DNA of 64,000 bases from an uncultured Acidobacteriota bacterium (GCA_963792785.1 CAWBXO010000004.1:578278-642277), one strand, 5' to 3'. Positions 35,709 through 47,718 are shown, counted from the first letter of the stretch. Program-made: numbers and translations. The notes: generated by a model not told the origin, from the sequence alone.

Positions 35709-36341
35709 GTGCAGGACCTGCTCCCCCTCTTCCCGCTTCCCAACGTCGTCCTCTTCCCCAACGTGTTCCTGCCGCTGCACGTCTTCGAGCCGCGGTACCG
35801 CGACCTGGTGGCCGACGCGGCGGGCGCGGACCGGCTGATCGGCATGGTGCTGCTCCGGCCGGGCTGGGAGGGTGAGTACGAGGGGCGGCCGCCCGTTTAT
35901 TCGGTCGGCTGCAGCGGCGTCATCACGCACATGGAGCGGCTCCACGACGGCCGCTATAACATCGTGCTCCGCGGCCTGGAGCGCTTCCGGGTCCTGTCCG
36001 AGGACACCGGACGCAGTTACCGGCGCGCGCGCGTGGAGCGCCTCGTCGAGTGTGAGCCGCCGGCCGAGGAGCGTGAGCAGATCCGCCAGTGCCGCGGGCG
36101 GCTGGAGCAGCTGCTCGCGCCGATCGTCGAGCGGACCGGCAACGATCCGAAGCTCACGTCGTCGATGGCCGACGAAGATCTGGTCCACGCCCTCGCGCAG
36201 TACCTCGACCTCGAACCCATCGAGAAGCAGGCCATCCTCGAGCGCGAGTGCCTCCTGCGCCGCGCCGAGTCGCTCGTCGAGCTGCTCGAGATGAAGGTGC
36301 TGATGTCGCGGACAGCTGGGATGCCAGGCATCGCGCATTAG
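35709..36341 (+). CDS. Lon N-terminal (LON substrate-binding) domain protein, stand-alone
   Basis: Intact 210-aa ORF starting 10 nt after the VWA stop. LPLFPLPNVVLFPNVFLPLHVFEPRYR is the typical Lon-N opening. Confidence 0.8.
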   Translation: MQDLLPLFPLPNVVLFPNVFLPLHVFEPRYRDLVADAAGADRLIGMVLLRPGWEGEYEGRPPVYSVGCSGVITHMERLHDGRYNIVLRGLERFRVLSEDTGRSYRRARVERLVECEPPAEEREQIRQCRGRLEQLLAPIVERTGNDPKLTSSMADEDLVHALAQYLDLEPIEKQAILERECLLRRAESLVELLEMKVLMSRTAGMPGIAH

Positions 36342-36496
36342 GCCTGTGAGGCGAGATATAGGCCTATCAGTGACCTGTAAGACGGTTACTGACGAAAATA
36401 GCCGCCCCTCCCGCACAATGCTGTTGCCAGACGTCGACGCGCGCCGATAGACTACCGGGACAGTCCCCACTGCTCCCCCGAGCATCCGAGCGAGCC

Positions 36497-37354
36497 TTGC
36501 ACACACAGACGATCCTCGTCGTCGACGACGACCTCGGCACCCTTGAAACGGCGGCTTTCGTCGTGCGCAGGCTCGGATTCGAACCCGCGACGGCCGCCTC
36601 CGGCGCCGACGGCCTCTCAGCCGCCCGCGCGACGAGTCTCGCGCTGGGCGTGATCGATCTGCGCCTGCCGGACATGTCCGGCACCGAAGTCATTCGCGCC
36701 CTCCGAGCCTCCGATGCCGACCTGCCCGTCATTCTGATCAGCGGATTCATGACCGTGCCCGACGCCGTCGAGGCGATGCGGCTCGGGGCGAAGGACGTGA
36801 TCGAGAAGCCGATCTCGGTCGAGGCGCTGGAAGCGCGCATCGCGCGCGCCCTCGGCCTCCCCCCACCGGCCCAGCCGCTCTTGATCCCGGAGACCGCGGT
36901 GCGGTGGCTCTCCGACGAATCGATCGCGCAGGGGGGCCGCGGGCCGCGGCCGACCTCGACGGCGGAGCGCTGGGCGCGCCTGGTCCTGCGCGCCTGCCAG
37001 TCGGACGGCGACCTGCGAACGCTCGAGCAGTGGGCGGACTTTGCGAGCGTGAGCTACAGCAGCCTGTGCGAGACGTGCCGGCTCCTCAACATCCAGCCGC
37101 AGAACGCCCGCGATCTCGCGCGCGTGCTGCGCGCGCTGCTGCACCTGCAGCGCGACACCTGGGACGTGGCCCCGCTGCTCGACGTGAGCGACGGCCGGAC
37201 GCTGCGGGGCATCCTGCACCGCGCAGGCCTCGACAGCGCGCCGCCGGGCGGCGCGATGACGCTGGATCGCTTCTTCGAGTCGCAGCGCTTCGTGGACCCC
37301 GCCAACGAGGGCCTGCGCAGGCTCCGGGCGCTCCTGACCGCCGCGGAGTCCTAG
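36497..37354 (+). CDS. Response regulator: receiver domain plus an unrecognised C-terminal ~150-aa (possibly HTH-like) domain
   Basis: TTG start. The receiver reads ILVVDDD...VIDLRLPDMSG...PVILISG...GAKDVIEKP. The C-terminal part has no family I recognise. Confidence 0.7.
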   Translation: MHTQTILVVDDDLGTLETAAFVVRRLGFEPATAASGADGLSAARATSLALGVIDLRLPDMSGTEVIRALRASDADLPVILISGFMTVPDAVEAMRLGAKDVIEKPISVEALEARIARALGLPPPAQPLLIPETAVRWLSDESIAQGGRGPRPTSTAERWARLVLRACQSDGDLRTLEQWADFASVSYSSLCETCRLLNIQPQNARDLARVLRALLHLQRDTWDVAPLLDVSDGRTLRGILHRAGLDSAPPGGAMTLDRFFESQRFVDPANEGLRRLRALLTAAES

Positions 37355-38430
37355 GCCAGGCGGGCGGCGATCGCCTCGATCGCCTTCCGGCCGTGGAAGC
37401 GGCCGTTCTCGATGAAGATCGTCCCCGTGTCGCGCCCCGCCAGCGCGCCGCCCGCCACGAAGAGGCCTTTCACGTTGGTTTCGAACGTCTCGGGGTCGAA
37501 TCGCGGGGCCTGACGGTCGTTGAGGGTCACGCCCGCCGCCGTCATGAGGTCCCAGTTCGGGTGGTAGCCTGTCAGCAGGTACACGGCGTCGGCGGGGATT
37601 TCTTCTTTATCACTGGTCGCGGGGCCCCACCCCCGCTCCCCTGCCGTGTTTCCCTGTGCCTCGGCCTCGAGCGTAGACTCTCGGCCTCGGCTGTCCGTGC
37701 TTTCCACGACCACCGAGGTCGCGCGAATCTCGGTGATGGACGCGTTGAAGCGCGCGGCGATCGACCCTTCCGTGATGCGGTTCTCGATGTCCGGGCGCAC
37801 CCAGTACTTGATCGTCGACTTCAGCTCGGCGTGGCGGTGCACGAGGGTGACCTGCGCGCCGGCGCGAAACAGCTCCAGCGCCGACTCGGCCGCCGAGTTG
37901 CCCCCGCCCACGACCACCACGCGCTTGCGGTAGTACGGATGCGGCTCGCTGTAGTAGTGATGGACGTGCGGCAGGTCCTCGCCGGGCACGCCGATCAGAT
38001 TCGGGAAGTCGTAGTACCCGGTGGCGATGAGCACGGTCCGGGCGTGGCGCGCGCGGCGGACGCCGCGCGGCGACGTCGTCTCCATCACGAAGAGGTGCTC
38101 CTCGGCGGGATCCTCGTCGGGCTCCCGGCCGAGGGTGACCACCTCCTCGTCAAAGGCAATCTGCAGGTCGAACGCGTCGACGACGCGGCGGTAGTAGCGG
38201 AGCGCCTCCACGCGCGTCGGCTTCTCGAACGGCGACACGAGCGGGACTCCGCCGATTTCGAGCAGCTCCGGTGTCGTGAAGAACACCATCTGCGGCGGGA
38301 AGTGGAAGATCGAGTTGACGAGGACGCCTTTCTCGATCACCTGGTAGTCGAGGCCATGCTCCTTGGCGGCGATGGCGGCGGCGAGGCCGGAGGGACCGGC
38401 ACCCACAATCAGCAGGTCGCGAACGGACAT
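37351..38430 (-). CDS. FAD-dependent pyridine-nucleotide disulfide-oxidoreductase-like protein (YpdA-family-like)
   Basis: Intact 359-aa ORF with GAGPSGLAAA (FAD) and VVVVGGGNSAAESA (NAD(P)H) motifs. It carries a ~35-aa low-complexity insertion (ESTDSRGRESTLEAEAQGNTAGERGWGPATSDKEE). Confidence 0.65.
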   Translation of the reverse strand: MSVRDLLIVGAGPSGLAAAIAAKEHGLDYQVIEKGVLVNSIFHFPPQMVFFTTPELLEIGGVPLVSPFEKPTRVEALRYYRRVVDAFDLQIAFDEEVVTLGREPDEDPAEEHLFVMETTSPRGVRRARHARTVLIATGYYDFPNLIGVPGEDLPHVHHYYSEPHPYYRKRVVVVGGGNSAAESALELFRAGAQVTLVHRHAELKSTIKYWVRPDIENRITEGSIAARFNASITEIRATSVVVESTDSRGRESTLEAEAQGNTAGERGWGPATSDKEEIPADAVYLLTGYHPNWDLMTAAGVTLNDRQAPRFDPETFETNVKGLFVAGGALAGRDTGTIFIENGRFHGRKAIEAIAARLA

Positions 38431-38649
38431 CTCACTATCTTACCGGTGGGTCGCGGCGTGCCCGGCGCGGGGGCCACCGCCATCCGGTGGGCCAAAAAGC
38501 CCGCTCAGGACACCAAACGGCCAATTCGCTGAAAGTGCGCGCGGACAAGCCCCTTTTTGTCTATGATTTAGCGCAATTGCGGCGCGTACGGACCGGCGTG
38601 GGCCGGCCCCGCTCCGCGCGGAATTCACACCTAGCTGGAGAGGTACTGC

Positions 38650-40761
<2,112 letters not shown>

Positions 40762-40774
40762 GGGTTAGGGATAA

Positions 40775-40808
40775 GGGCCGGCAGAGCAATCTGCCGGCCC
40801 TTTTTCTT
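40775..40808 (+). terminator. Rho-independent terminator (GGGCCGGCAG-agcaat-CTGCCGGCCC-TTTTTCTT)
   Basis: A perfect 10-bp GC stem with a T-tract, 14 nt after the radical-SAM stop. Confidence 0.85.
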
Positions 40809-40819
40809 GTACCGGGATC

Positions 40820-40854
40820 TGACTGACGACTAGTGACCAGCGACTGGCGACTAC
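40820..40854. repeat. Heptamer array TGACTGA CGACTAG TGACCAG CGACTGG CGACTAC
   Basis: Read directly. It abuts and overlaps the stop (40851-40853) of the minus-strand gene 40851..41477. Confidence 0.8.
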
Positions 40855-41477
40855 CGTGCCCGGTAGTCGATCATCACGTTGCTGATCACGGCGATGGGCC
40901 GGCCCGGCGACGTGTAGGTCGCGGCGCCGTCCAGCCGCTCCACCATCACCTTCTCCCCGAGCACGCTCACCTCGGTCTCGGCCTGCGGGATCGTGATCCG
41001 CACATGCTCGGTGCCGGTCGGGACGACCGCCTTCACGCCCATCGGCCCGACGTCGCTCTTGATCCGGTCCACGATGTCGGCGGCGCCGCGGAACTCGTTC
41101 TGGACCACGGCCCGGCTGAGGAGCGTGTTGTCCATCGTGAGCACGCCGATCACGGCCGTGTACCGCGTGTAGGCGCGGTTGGCGCGGACCTGCTCCTCCG
41201 AGTACGTGTGGCGGTTGTGCAGGTCGAAGGTGAGGAAGGCGTCGCCGCGATGCCGCGGAATGGTGATGTGGATGCCCTCGGCCGGATCACGGCCCGTGAG
41301 CACGTCGCAGAACGTGAGCTGCGTCTTCAGGCCGACGCCGAGCGTCGCCGGGCAGTGCATCTCGGGCGCCTCGGTCGTGCGGCGCGCCTGCGCCCGGGCG
41401 ACGATAGCCGCCGGCGGCAGCGCGGCGAACGTCGCGGCGGCGCAGATGGCGGCGATCGCGCGGATCAGTCGCGGCAT
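40851..41477 (-). CDS. Secreted hypothetical protein
   Basis: 208-aa portion starting at [20 protein letters not shown] (ATG 41477-41475) with a signal peptide. It overlaps the folE 3' end by 13 nt. I recognise no family. Confidence 0.55.
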   Translation of the reverse strand: MPRLIRAIAAICAAATFAALPPAAIVARAQARRTTEAPEMHCPATLGVGLKTQLTFCDVLTGRDPAEGIHITIPRHRGDAFLTFDLHNRHTYSEEQVRANRAYTRYTAVIGVLTMDNTLLSRAVVQNEFRGAADIVDRIKSDVGPMGVKAVVPTGTEHVRITIPQAETEVSVLGEKVMVERLDGAATYTSPGRPIAVISNVMIDYRAR

Positions 41478-42064
41478 GCGCTCTCTTCCACCGCGGCGTC
41501 GCCCATGCCGATGCCGCGGTGGCGCAGCTTGATGAGCTCGAGGAACTCCGAGCGCGTTCGCGACTGCTCGCGGAACGCGCCCAGCATGGCGCTCGTCACC
41601 GCGGTCGAGTTCTGCTTTTCCACGCCCCGCATCGACATGCACAGGTGGGTCGCTTCCATGACGACGGCCACGCCGAGCGGCGCGATCTTGTCCTGAATCG
41701 TTTCGGCGATCTGGTTCGTGAGGCGCTCCTGCACCTGCAGGCGCCGGCTGAACACGTCGACCAGCCGCGGAATCTTGCTCAACCCGATCACGCGCGTGGT
41801 CGGGATGTAGGCGATGTGGCATTTGCCGAAGAACGGCAGCAGATGGTGCTCGCACAGGCTGTAGAAATCGATGTCTCTGACGATCACCATCTCGCTGTAG
41901 TCGACGGTGAACAACGCGCCGTTGATCACCTCGTCCACGTCGGCGTCGTAGCCGCTCGTCAGGAAGCGCAAGGCCTTCTCGACGCGCTTCGGGGTGTCGC
42001 GAAGCCCCTCGCGCGCGGGGTCCTCGCCCAGGTCGGCCAGCAGGCGCCGGATGAGATCCTGCAT
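41465..42064 (-). CDS. folE: GTP cyclohydrolase I
   Basis: Intact 199-aa ORF with the FolE signature [22 protein letters not shown]...[15 protein letters not shown]. Confidence 0.95.
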   Translation of the reverse strand: MQDLIRRLLADLGEDPAREGLRDTPKRVEKALRFLTSGYDADVDEVINGALFTVDYSEMVIVRDIDFYSLCEHHLLPFFGKCHIAYIPTTRVIGLSKIPRLVDVFSRRLQVQERLTNQIAETIQDKIAPLGVAVVMEATHLCMSMRGVEKQNSTAVTSAMLGAFREQSRTRSEFLELIKLRHRGIGMGDAAVEESACRD

Positions 42065-42233
42065 CCGTCTATTCTACCTTTGGCACCTCCACTCCCCTCC
42101 TTGGCCCCATCCGAGGCCACCGTCCGCCCCATCTCAACCTTGCGCGGCCGGCGCCAGGGCAAAAACGGCCTGAACGGACCGGCTCGCCTTGGCACGAATC
42201 CTGAACTCACGACCGCCAGAAAGGGGGCGTCCG

Positions 42234-42626
42234 ATGGCACTACCCGCCACGCTGCAGGTCGAAGCTGCGACGGTCGCGCCCGCGCTGGTGCTCGAGCCAC
42301 CGGTACTGCCCGCGCACACGCCCGCGACGGTGGTGGTCGTCGACGGCGGCGAGCACGTGCTCGATCTGCTGGAGACGGTCCTCGGCGCCGGCCCCTTCGA
42401 CATCGTCGTCGTCGAGTCCAGCCGGCACGCCTACTCGCACATCCGCCGGGTGCAGCCCGCCCTGGTGATTCTATCGGTCCGCTTCGAGGACCCGATGGGG
42501 TTCCAACTGCTCTCGATGCTCGCGGCGGACGACGCCACCCGGCGCATTCCGATCCTGATCCACTCGGCCGGGGAGGAACCGTCGCCCTCGAGCGGCACCG
42601 CTTGGGACGGAGCCGCTATGCTATAG
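42234..42626 (+). CDS. Receiver-like (pseudo-receiver) domain protein
   Basis: ATG 42234 is preceded by AAGGGGG. The CheY-like layout is VVVVDGGEHVLDLL...PALVILSVRFEDPMG...IPILI, but the phospho-acceptor position reads Ser (ILSV) and the acidic pair is DG. Confidence 0.5.
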   Translation: MALPATLQVEAATVAPALVLEPPVLPAHTPATVVVVDGGEHVLDLLETVLGAGPFDIVVVESSRHAYSHIRRVQPALVILSVRFEDPMGFQLLSMLAADDATRRIPILIHSAGEEPSPSSGTAWDGAAML

Positions 42627-42635
42627 TCGGGCTCG

Positions 42636-42989
42636 ATGCCGGGGCCACGCGGGAACCAGCGCGACACTGAGCGCATCGGGATTCTCGGCGAACTCAACGG
42701 CGAGGTGATGGTCTTTCAGCCGATGGCCATCAAAGAGATCAGCGTCGGCGGCGCGCAGATCGAAACCAGCTTCCCCCTCCAGCTCGACTCCCTGCACGAA
42801 TTCCGGCTCTCGCTCGGCGATCGATCGATCATCGTGAAGGGGCGCGTGGCGTACTGCCAGATCAGCGACGTCGATCAGGAGCTGGTGCGGTATCGCTCCG
42901 GGCTCGAGTTCACCGAGCTCTCCGAGCGCGTGCAGGCGGTCATCACCGGCTTCATCGAGGCGATCAAGGACGGCCGGCGCGCCCAGTAG
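42636..42989 (+). CDS. PilZ-domain protein (putative c-di-GMP receptor)
   Basis: Intact 117-aa ORF with an RxxxR-like QRDTER and a [D/N]xSxxG-like EISVGGA, followed by a beta-barrel-like remainder. Confidence 0.65.
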   Translation: MPGPRGNQRDTERIGILGELNGEVMVFQPMAIKEISVGGAQIETSFPLQLDSLHEFRLSLGDRSIIVKGRVAYCQISDVDQELVRYRSGLEFTELSERVQAVITGFIEAIKDGRRAQ

Positions 42990-42999
42990 CGAGCGGCCG

Positions 43000-44379
43000 T
43001 TAGCGCGTGATGACGGGCGGGTCGTCCCTCGACGTCGACACGTACGGCGCGACGAGGCTCTCATGGCCGGCGGCATCGACCGCCGCCACACCAAACACGT
43101 AATCGTCGATCTGCATGTTCGGCAGCACGACCTCCGTCACGTTCCCCACCAGCAGGTCGTGCTCCCAGTCGGGCCCCCAGGCTTCCCGCCAGAACACGCG
43201 ATAGCCCGTGGCGCCTGGCGACGCGGTCCAGCGCAGGTGCGCGTCGTAGCCGCTCGGCGCCCGCGAGATCATCGCCCCGCCGCGCTCGCTCGTGACGCCA
43301 GGGGTGGGCGGCGCCAGGGCGAGCGTCGCCGCGGCAGCCGCGTTCACGCGGGCGTTCTGCGCCAGGTACATCGGCGAGATGCCCTCGAAGGTGTCGCGCG
43401 GGTCGTGCTGGCGCGTGAAGTTCTCGCGCGACTCGCGGAAGCCGACGGCCGCGAAGCCCGCCTGGTTGTAGGCCGAGTGATCCCCGCCGCGGTTGAAGCG
43501 GTCCGGACGCGCCATCAGCCGGACGCGATGGGACGGCACGTACCGGGCCGCCCAGCGTTGGATGTACCGCGCCAGCTCGCGCGACGGCGAGTCCTCGGGG
43601 CCTTCCGAGTACACCCGGATGCTCGCGCCGTCCACGATCCCGTTCCCGCCGCGATCGTTGCCGACGATGTCGTTGTTGAGGACCGCGATGATCGGGATGT
43701 GTTCGCTGACGGCCTTCGCCGCGTGGAGGCGCGCGCCGAACAGGCCCTCCTCCTCCCCCGCGTGACACATGAACACGAGCGTCGCGTCGAACTCGAGGCC
43801 GCTCTGGCTGAAGACACGCGCCAGCTCCATCGTCAGCGCCGTCCCGCTGCCGTCATCGTCCACGCCCGGCGCGTCGGCGTTGTCGCCGGTGAACTGGAAA
43901 TCTCCGTTGGCGGCGCGCGGTGGCGCCGTGCCGCCGTTCGACGCGGACTGGCCGCCGACGATCGCGATCGTGTCGTAGTGCCCGCTGACGTACACGCGGC
44001 GCGGGCTGCGGCCGGGCAGCACCGCCATGACGTTCCGGAGCTCGACGTCACGCGTGACGCGCGTGCCCTGCTTGGCGAGCTGGTAGGTGTCGAAGCTGAC
44101 CTGGAGCCGCGGGCTGTAGCTCGCCAGCTCGTCGAAGATCCACTGCCGGGCGGCGCCGATGCCCCGCGTCGGCGAGTCCGTGGACGACAGCAGGTGGCGC
44201 GTCCCGAAACTCTCGAGGTGATGGAGCAGCTCGACGAGGTGGTCCTGGGAGACCCGGCCGACCAGCGCGGTCACCTGCGGATCGAGGTCCGGCGCCTGCG
44301 CGCGAGCCGATCGCGGCGCGAACACGAACAGCGCCGCGCAGGCGGTCGCCCCGGCCAGGGCGCGGGTCCATGGTCTCAT
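43000..44379 (-). CDS. Secreted M28-family aminopeptidase with a C-terminal fibronectin-III-like domain
   Basis: Intact 459-aa ORF with a signal peptide. Metal-ligand motifs are GHYD, GVDDDGSG and HAGEEEGLFG. The C-terminal part reads LRWTASPGATGYRVFWR. Confidence 0.8.
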   Translation of the reverse strand: MRPWTRALAGATACAALFVFAPRSARAQAPDLDPQVTALVGRVSQDHLVELLHHLESFGTRHLLSSTDSPTRGIGAARQWIFDELASYSPRLQVSFDTYQLAKQGTRVTRDVELRNVMAVLPGRSPRRVYVSGHYDTIAIVGGQSASNGGTAPPRAANGDFQFTGDNADAPGVDDDGSGTALTMELARVFSQSGLEFDATLVFMCHAGEEEGLFGARLHAAKAVSEHIPIIAVLNNDIVGNDRGGNGIVDGASIRVYSEGPEDSPSRELARYIQRWAARYVPSHRVRLMARPDRFNRGGDHSAYNQAGFAAVGFRESRENFTRQHDPRDTFEGISPMYLAQNARVNAAAAATLALAPPTPGVTSERGGAMISRAPSGYDAHLRWTASPGATGYRVFWREAWGPDWEHDLLVGNVTEVVLPNMQIDDYVFGVAAVDAAGHESLVAPYVSTSRDDPPVITR

Positions 44380-44383
44380 CGCG

Positions 44384-44785
44384 TCACTTCACTTTCAGAT
44401 GCCGCAGGTAGTCGCCCGAGGCGACGCGCTGCGCGCGCCCGAGGGGGGCGTTGTAGAAGTACACCCAGGCGTCGAACACGCGGCCGTCCTCAAGCGTGAC
44501 CGGGGTCTGCACGCGCGTGTAGAGGCTCGCGTCCGGCTCGCCGGGCCGGTATCCTTCAATCTCGTCGAGCGCCTCCAGGACCGCACCCGCGTCGAGCATC
44601 TCGTGCACCTCGCCCCACACCCGGCCCTCGTCCGCGGGCACGGCCGCCGGATAGATCCCCAGGTCGAACAGGGCCGCGCGGATCCAGCCGCGCCCCTCGG
44701 CCCTGAGGTGCGCGTCGATGCGGCTGCGCCCGGGACGGCGGAAGCCGCTCATCAAGGTGCCGTAGAAGAAGACGCGATCGGACAC
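44384..44785 (-). CDS. Gamma-glutamylcyclotransferase / AIG2-like family protein
   Basis: Intact 133-aa ORF. The opening FFYGTLMSG and the motif GEV..M...LEALDEIEGY are family-typical. Confidence 0.75.
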   Translation of the reverse strand: MSDRVFFYGTLMSGFRRPGRSRIDAHLRAEGRGWIRAALFDLGIYPAAVPADEGRVWGEVHEMLDAGAVLEALDEIEGYRPGEPDASLYTRVQTPVTLEDGRVFDAWVYFYNAPLGRAQRVASGDYLRHLKVK

Positions 44786-44842
44786 GACCGCGGGTAGTGT
44801 ACGGGAAAGGAACGGAGGGCCGGAAGGCCCTAAGACAATCTT

Positions 44843-45889
44843 TTACCGGGGGCTGGCGTTGTTCTGGAGAGCCTGGCCGAGCAGATCGAACACCTGGGAC
44901 GGCACGGCGAACGAGAGGCGCACGCTCGTGCCCTCACCCTCGACGGCCAGCGACTGGATCGCCGCCTGCAGCTCCGGACGCGAGCCGGCCTGAATCTTCG
45001 CCAGGGCCAGCAGGCCGCGCACGACATCGCGCAGGTTCGTGGCGCTCGCCTCGTCGCGGGCCTCGGCCGTGAAGACGCCGGTGATGCCGCCGTTGATGTG
45101 CGTCCCGAGCGAGAACCACGTGATGGCCGGCAGCCGCGCCATGACCGCGTCGGGCAGCTTCGCCTGCTCCGTGAGGCTGTCGAACCGTCCGACGACCCAC
45201 GCGTTGTTGGTGGTGCTGAGCGACCGGACGAGATCCATGAGCTCGGTGTTGTCGGTGACGTTCTCGCCGCCGCCCTGCAGGTCCACGGCGTTGCGGAGGA
45301 GAGTGGCGCCGCCGAGCGCCGCGAGGCCGGGTTCGAGGAAGGTGAGCCCGAACGCGACGTTGGCGACGTTCGGCGTATCGCCGCCGACGGCGGCCGCCTG
45401 ATCGGGCGCCGCGTCGCCGAGCCGGGAGACGAACAGGCGCTTGCCCTTGTACTCCTCTACCGTGGCCCCGTGCGACCGCATCAGCCCCTCGATCTTCACG
45501 GGGTCGAAGCGTCCGCGCGCCAGGACCAGGCCGGACCCGTGGATGCCTTCGCCCGCCGGGCTGCTGTCGGCGAACGCGACGACGCGGTCGATGTCGTGTT
45601 CGAGGTTGATGCCGGTCTGGTTTTCGAGCTCCTGCTGGCCCTGCTCGCGGTTGGGAATGGACTCGAGGGCCTGGCCGAGGCGGCGCCGGACGTCGGAATC
45701 CATGACCTGGCGGACATCCGCGAAGGCGACGATGGTGGCGGTGCGGGGGACGTACTGGAGTTCATCGGGACCGCCCTGGACGGCGCCGACGCCGGGCAGG
45801 CCCACAAAATAGGCGACCAGGCCCGTCCCCAGCCCGACGACCAGGACGAGGACCGAAGCGATGACGAAATACCGGGTCTTCGCAGTCAT
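44843..45889 (-). CDS. Membrane-anchored hypothetical protein, last gene of the ABC operon direction
   Basis: Intact 348-aa ORF with an N-terminal TM segment (YFVIASVLVLVVGLGTGLVAYFV). I cannot assign a family confidently. Confidence 0.5.
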   Translation of the reverse strand: MTAKTRYFVIASVLVLVVGLGTGLVAYFVGLPGVGAVQGGPDELQYVPRTATIVAFADVRQVMDSDVRRRLGQALESIPNREQGQQELENQTGINLEHDIDRVVAFADSSPAGEGIHGSGLVLARGRFDPVKIEGLMRSHGATVEEYKGKRLFVSRLGDAAPDQAAAVGGDTPNVANVAFGLTFLEPGLAALGGATLLRNAVDLQGGGENVTDNTELMDLVRSLSTTNNAWVVGRFDSLTEQAKLPDAVMARLPAITWFSLGTHINGGITGVFTAEARDEASATNLRDVVRGLLALAKIQAGSRPELQAAIQSLAVEGEGTSVRLSFAVPSQVFDLLGQALQNNASPR

Positions 45890-45952
45890 GGGTCTGGCTC
45901 CCGTCTGAGATGTTATACGGAATTGACGTGCCGGGCGTTCCCGGCGCCAGGC

Positions 45953-46792
45953 CTACTGTTCCAGCACGTACTCCCGCTTTTCCACGGCTCGCCCGGCGAG
46001 CCACAGCGTGACGGCCGTAATCACGGCCAGGGCCGCGAGGCTCACCGGCACCGACGGCACTTCCCGGAAGACCTGCATGATCACGTTCAAGGCCGAATCC
46101 TGAGGCATCTGGTGCGTCACCAGCCCCTGCAGGTAGTAGGCGATGGTGGCGCGCTTCAGGTAGCCCGGCAGCAGCATCACGCCCGGCTCCCAGCCGAAGA
46201 CGAAGATCAGGCCTGCCACGAGGGGCCGCTTCAGCCGCGAGCCGGCCAGGGCGAAGACGCCGCCGTAGGTCGCCAGGCCGATGGCCAGCATCGCGAGGTC
46301 CGTCACGAGACCGGGGAACGCCGGCGCGATGCGGCCGTCGCCGGTCGGCACGATGAGGAAGAACACGAGCATCACCGAGGGCAGCACCAGCAGCACCGAG
46401 CAGGCGAGGTACGCGAGGTACTTGCCGAGCAGCACGGCCGATCGCGGAATCGGCCGGGTGAACAGGTAGGTGATCGTCCTGTCCTCCACCTCGTCGGCGA
46501 TGAGCGCGGTGCCGTAGAACACGCCGAGCAGCGGGACGATGAAGCGGATGTAGAGCAGCCAGATCATCATCCCGAACACGGCCTCGCCCGACAGGCGGGC
46601 GCCGTTCACCTGCAGCCCGGCGTTGCGCAGCATGTCGACCACCTTGACGACCCCGGCGAGCACCACGGGGCCGCCGAGCAGGAGCGCGAGAAGGACCGAG
46701 CGGCGCGACCAGAGCATCTGGCCGAACGACAGGTCGAACACGCGCAGGGCGGACACGCCGAGGGCGGGACGCGGCTGGGGTTCTTGACTCAT
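45953..46792 (-). CDS. ABC-2-type transporter permease
   Basis: Intact 279-aa polytopic ORF. There is an ATGA start/stop overlap with the upstream ATPase gene. Confidence 0.75.
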   Translation of the reverse strand: MSQEPQPRPALGVSALRVFDLSFGQMLWSRRSVLLALLLGGPVVLAGVVKVVDMLRNAGLQVNGARLSGEAVFGMMIWLLYIRFIVPLLGVFYGTALIADEVEDRTITYLFTRPIPRSAVLLGKYLAYLACSVLLVLPSVMLVFFLIVPTGDGRIAPAFPGLVTDLAMLAIGLATYGGVFALAGSRLKRPLVAGLIFVFGWEPGVMLLPGYLKRATIAYYLQGLVTHQMPQDSALNVIMQVFREVPSVPVSLAALAVITAVTLWLAGRAVEKREYVLEQ

Positions 46793-47718
46793 GCCTTCAC
46801 CAGGTATTTGAAGACGGCCTGCAGGTTGTCGTCCGGCGAGGTCACCTCATGGATGGCGCCGCGTTCGCCGGTGGACGCCAGGTCCGTCAGGCGGCGTATA
46901 GAAGGCGTCGGGCTGCCCGGTCTGCACGACCACGGCGCCCTCCTCGAACTTCAGGCTGAGCACATCGTCGTGGGCGAGGAACTCGCGCGCGAGGCGCGCG
47001 CGGATCGCTCGGCGCGGATGAAGACGGTGTGCGGGTGCTCGTCGATGAGATCGCGGATCTGGTGGACGTTGCCCTCCGCCAGGATCCGGCCCTGGTTGAT
47101 CAGGAGGATGTTCGACGTCATCGACTCGATCTCGTGCAGGATGTGGCTCGACACGATGACGCTCTTGCCGGCGCGCGCCCAGTCCTTGATCATGGCGGAT
47201 CGTCTTGCGCCGCGCCAATCGGGTCCATGCCCGAGAGCGGCTCGTCGAGGATGAGCAGCTCGGGGTCGTGGGCGATGGCCTGCGCGAGCTTCACGCGCTG
47301 CCGCATGCCCTTGCTGTAGGCGCCGATCTTCTTGTCGGCCGCCTCGAGGAGGTCGACCTCGCTCGAGCGCGCGCCGGGCGAGCTCGGCGGCCTTCGCCTC
47401 GCCGACGCCGTTCAGCCGCACGAGCGCGGTGACCCACTCGAGGCCGGTCATGCGGTCGTAGAACGCGTCCTGCTCGGGACAGAAGCCGATGCGGAAGTAG
47501 AGGCCCGGGTTCTGCCAGATGGGCTCGCCGAGGACCGTGATCGAGCCCTGGCTCGGCCGGAGCTGCCCGGTGACGAGCTTCATGAACGTCGACTTCCCCG
47601 CGCCGTTCGGGCCGAGGAGGCCGGTGATGCCGGGGGGCACCGACACGGTGACGTCGTTCAGGCCGATCACCTGGCCGTACCACTTCGAGAGGTGCGCCGC
47701 GGTGATGATCGCCGTCAT
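46789..47718 (-). pseudogene. ABC transporter ATP-binding protein, frameshifted (at least 4 shifts)
   Basis: Walker A GPNGAGKST is in one frame. The signature and Walker B ([33 protein letters not shown]) are in another. VIVSSHILHEIE returns to the first frame, and the tail LSLKFEEGAVVVQTGQPDAFY / HEVTSPDDNLQAVFKYLVKA lies in further frames. Confidence 0.8.

Noticed and set aside
38431-38649. Possible tRNA, riboswitch or sRNA in the longer intergenic regions (38431-38649, 22187-22386, 36342-36496, 42065-42233).
   Set aside because: I could find no cloverleaf-compatible stems and no conserved riboswitch cores that I recognise. The AT-rich island at 38550-38580 (TATGAT) lacks a properly spaced -35, so I made no call.
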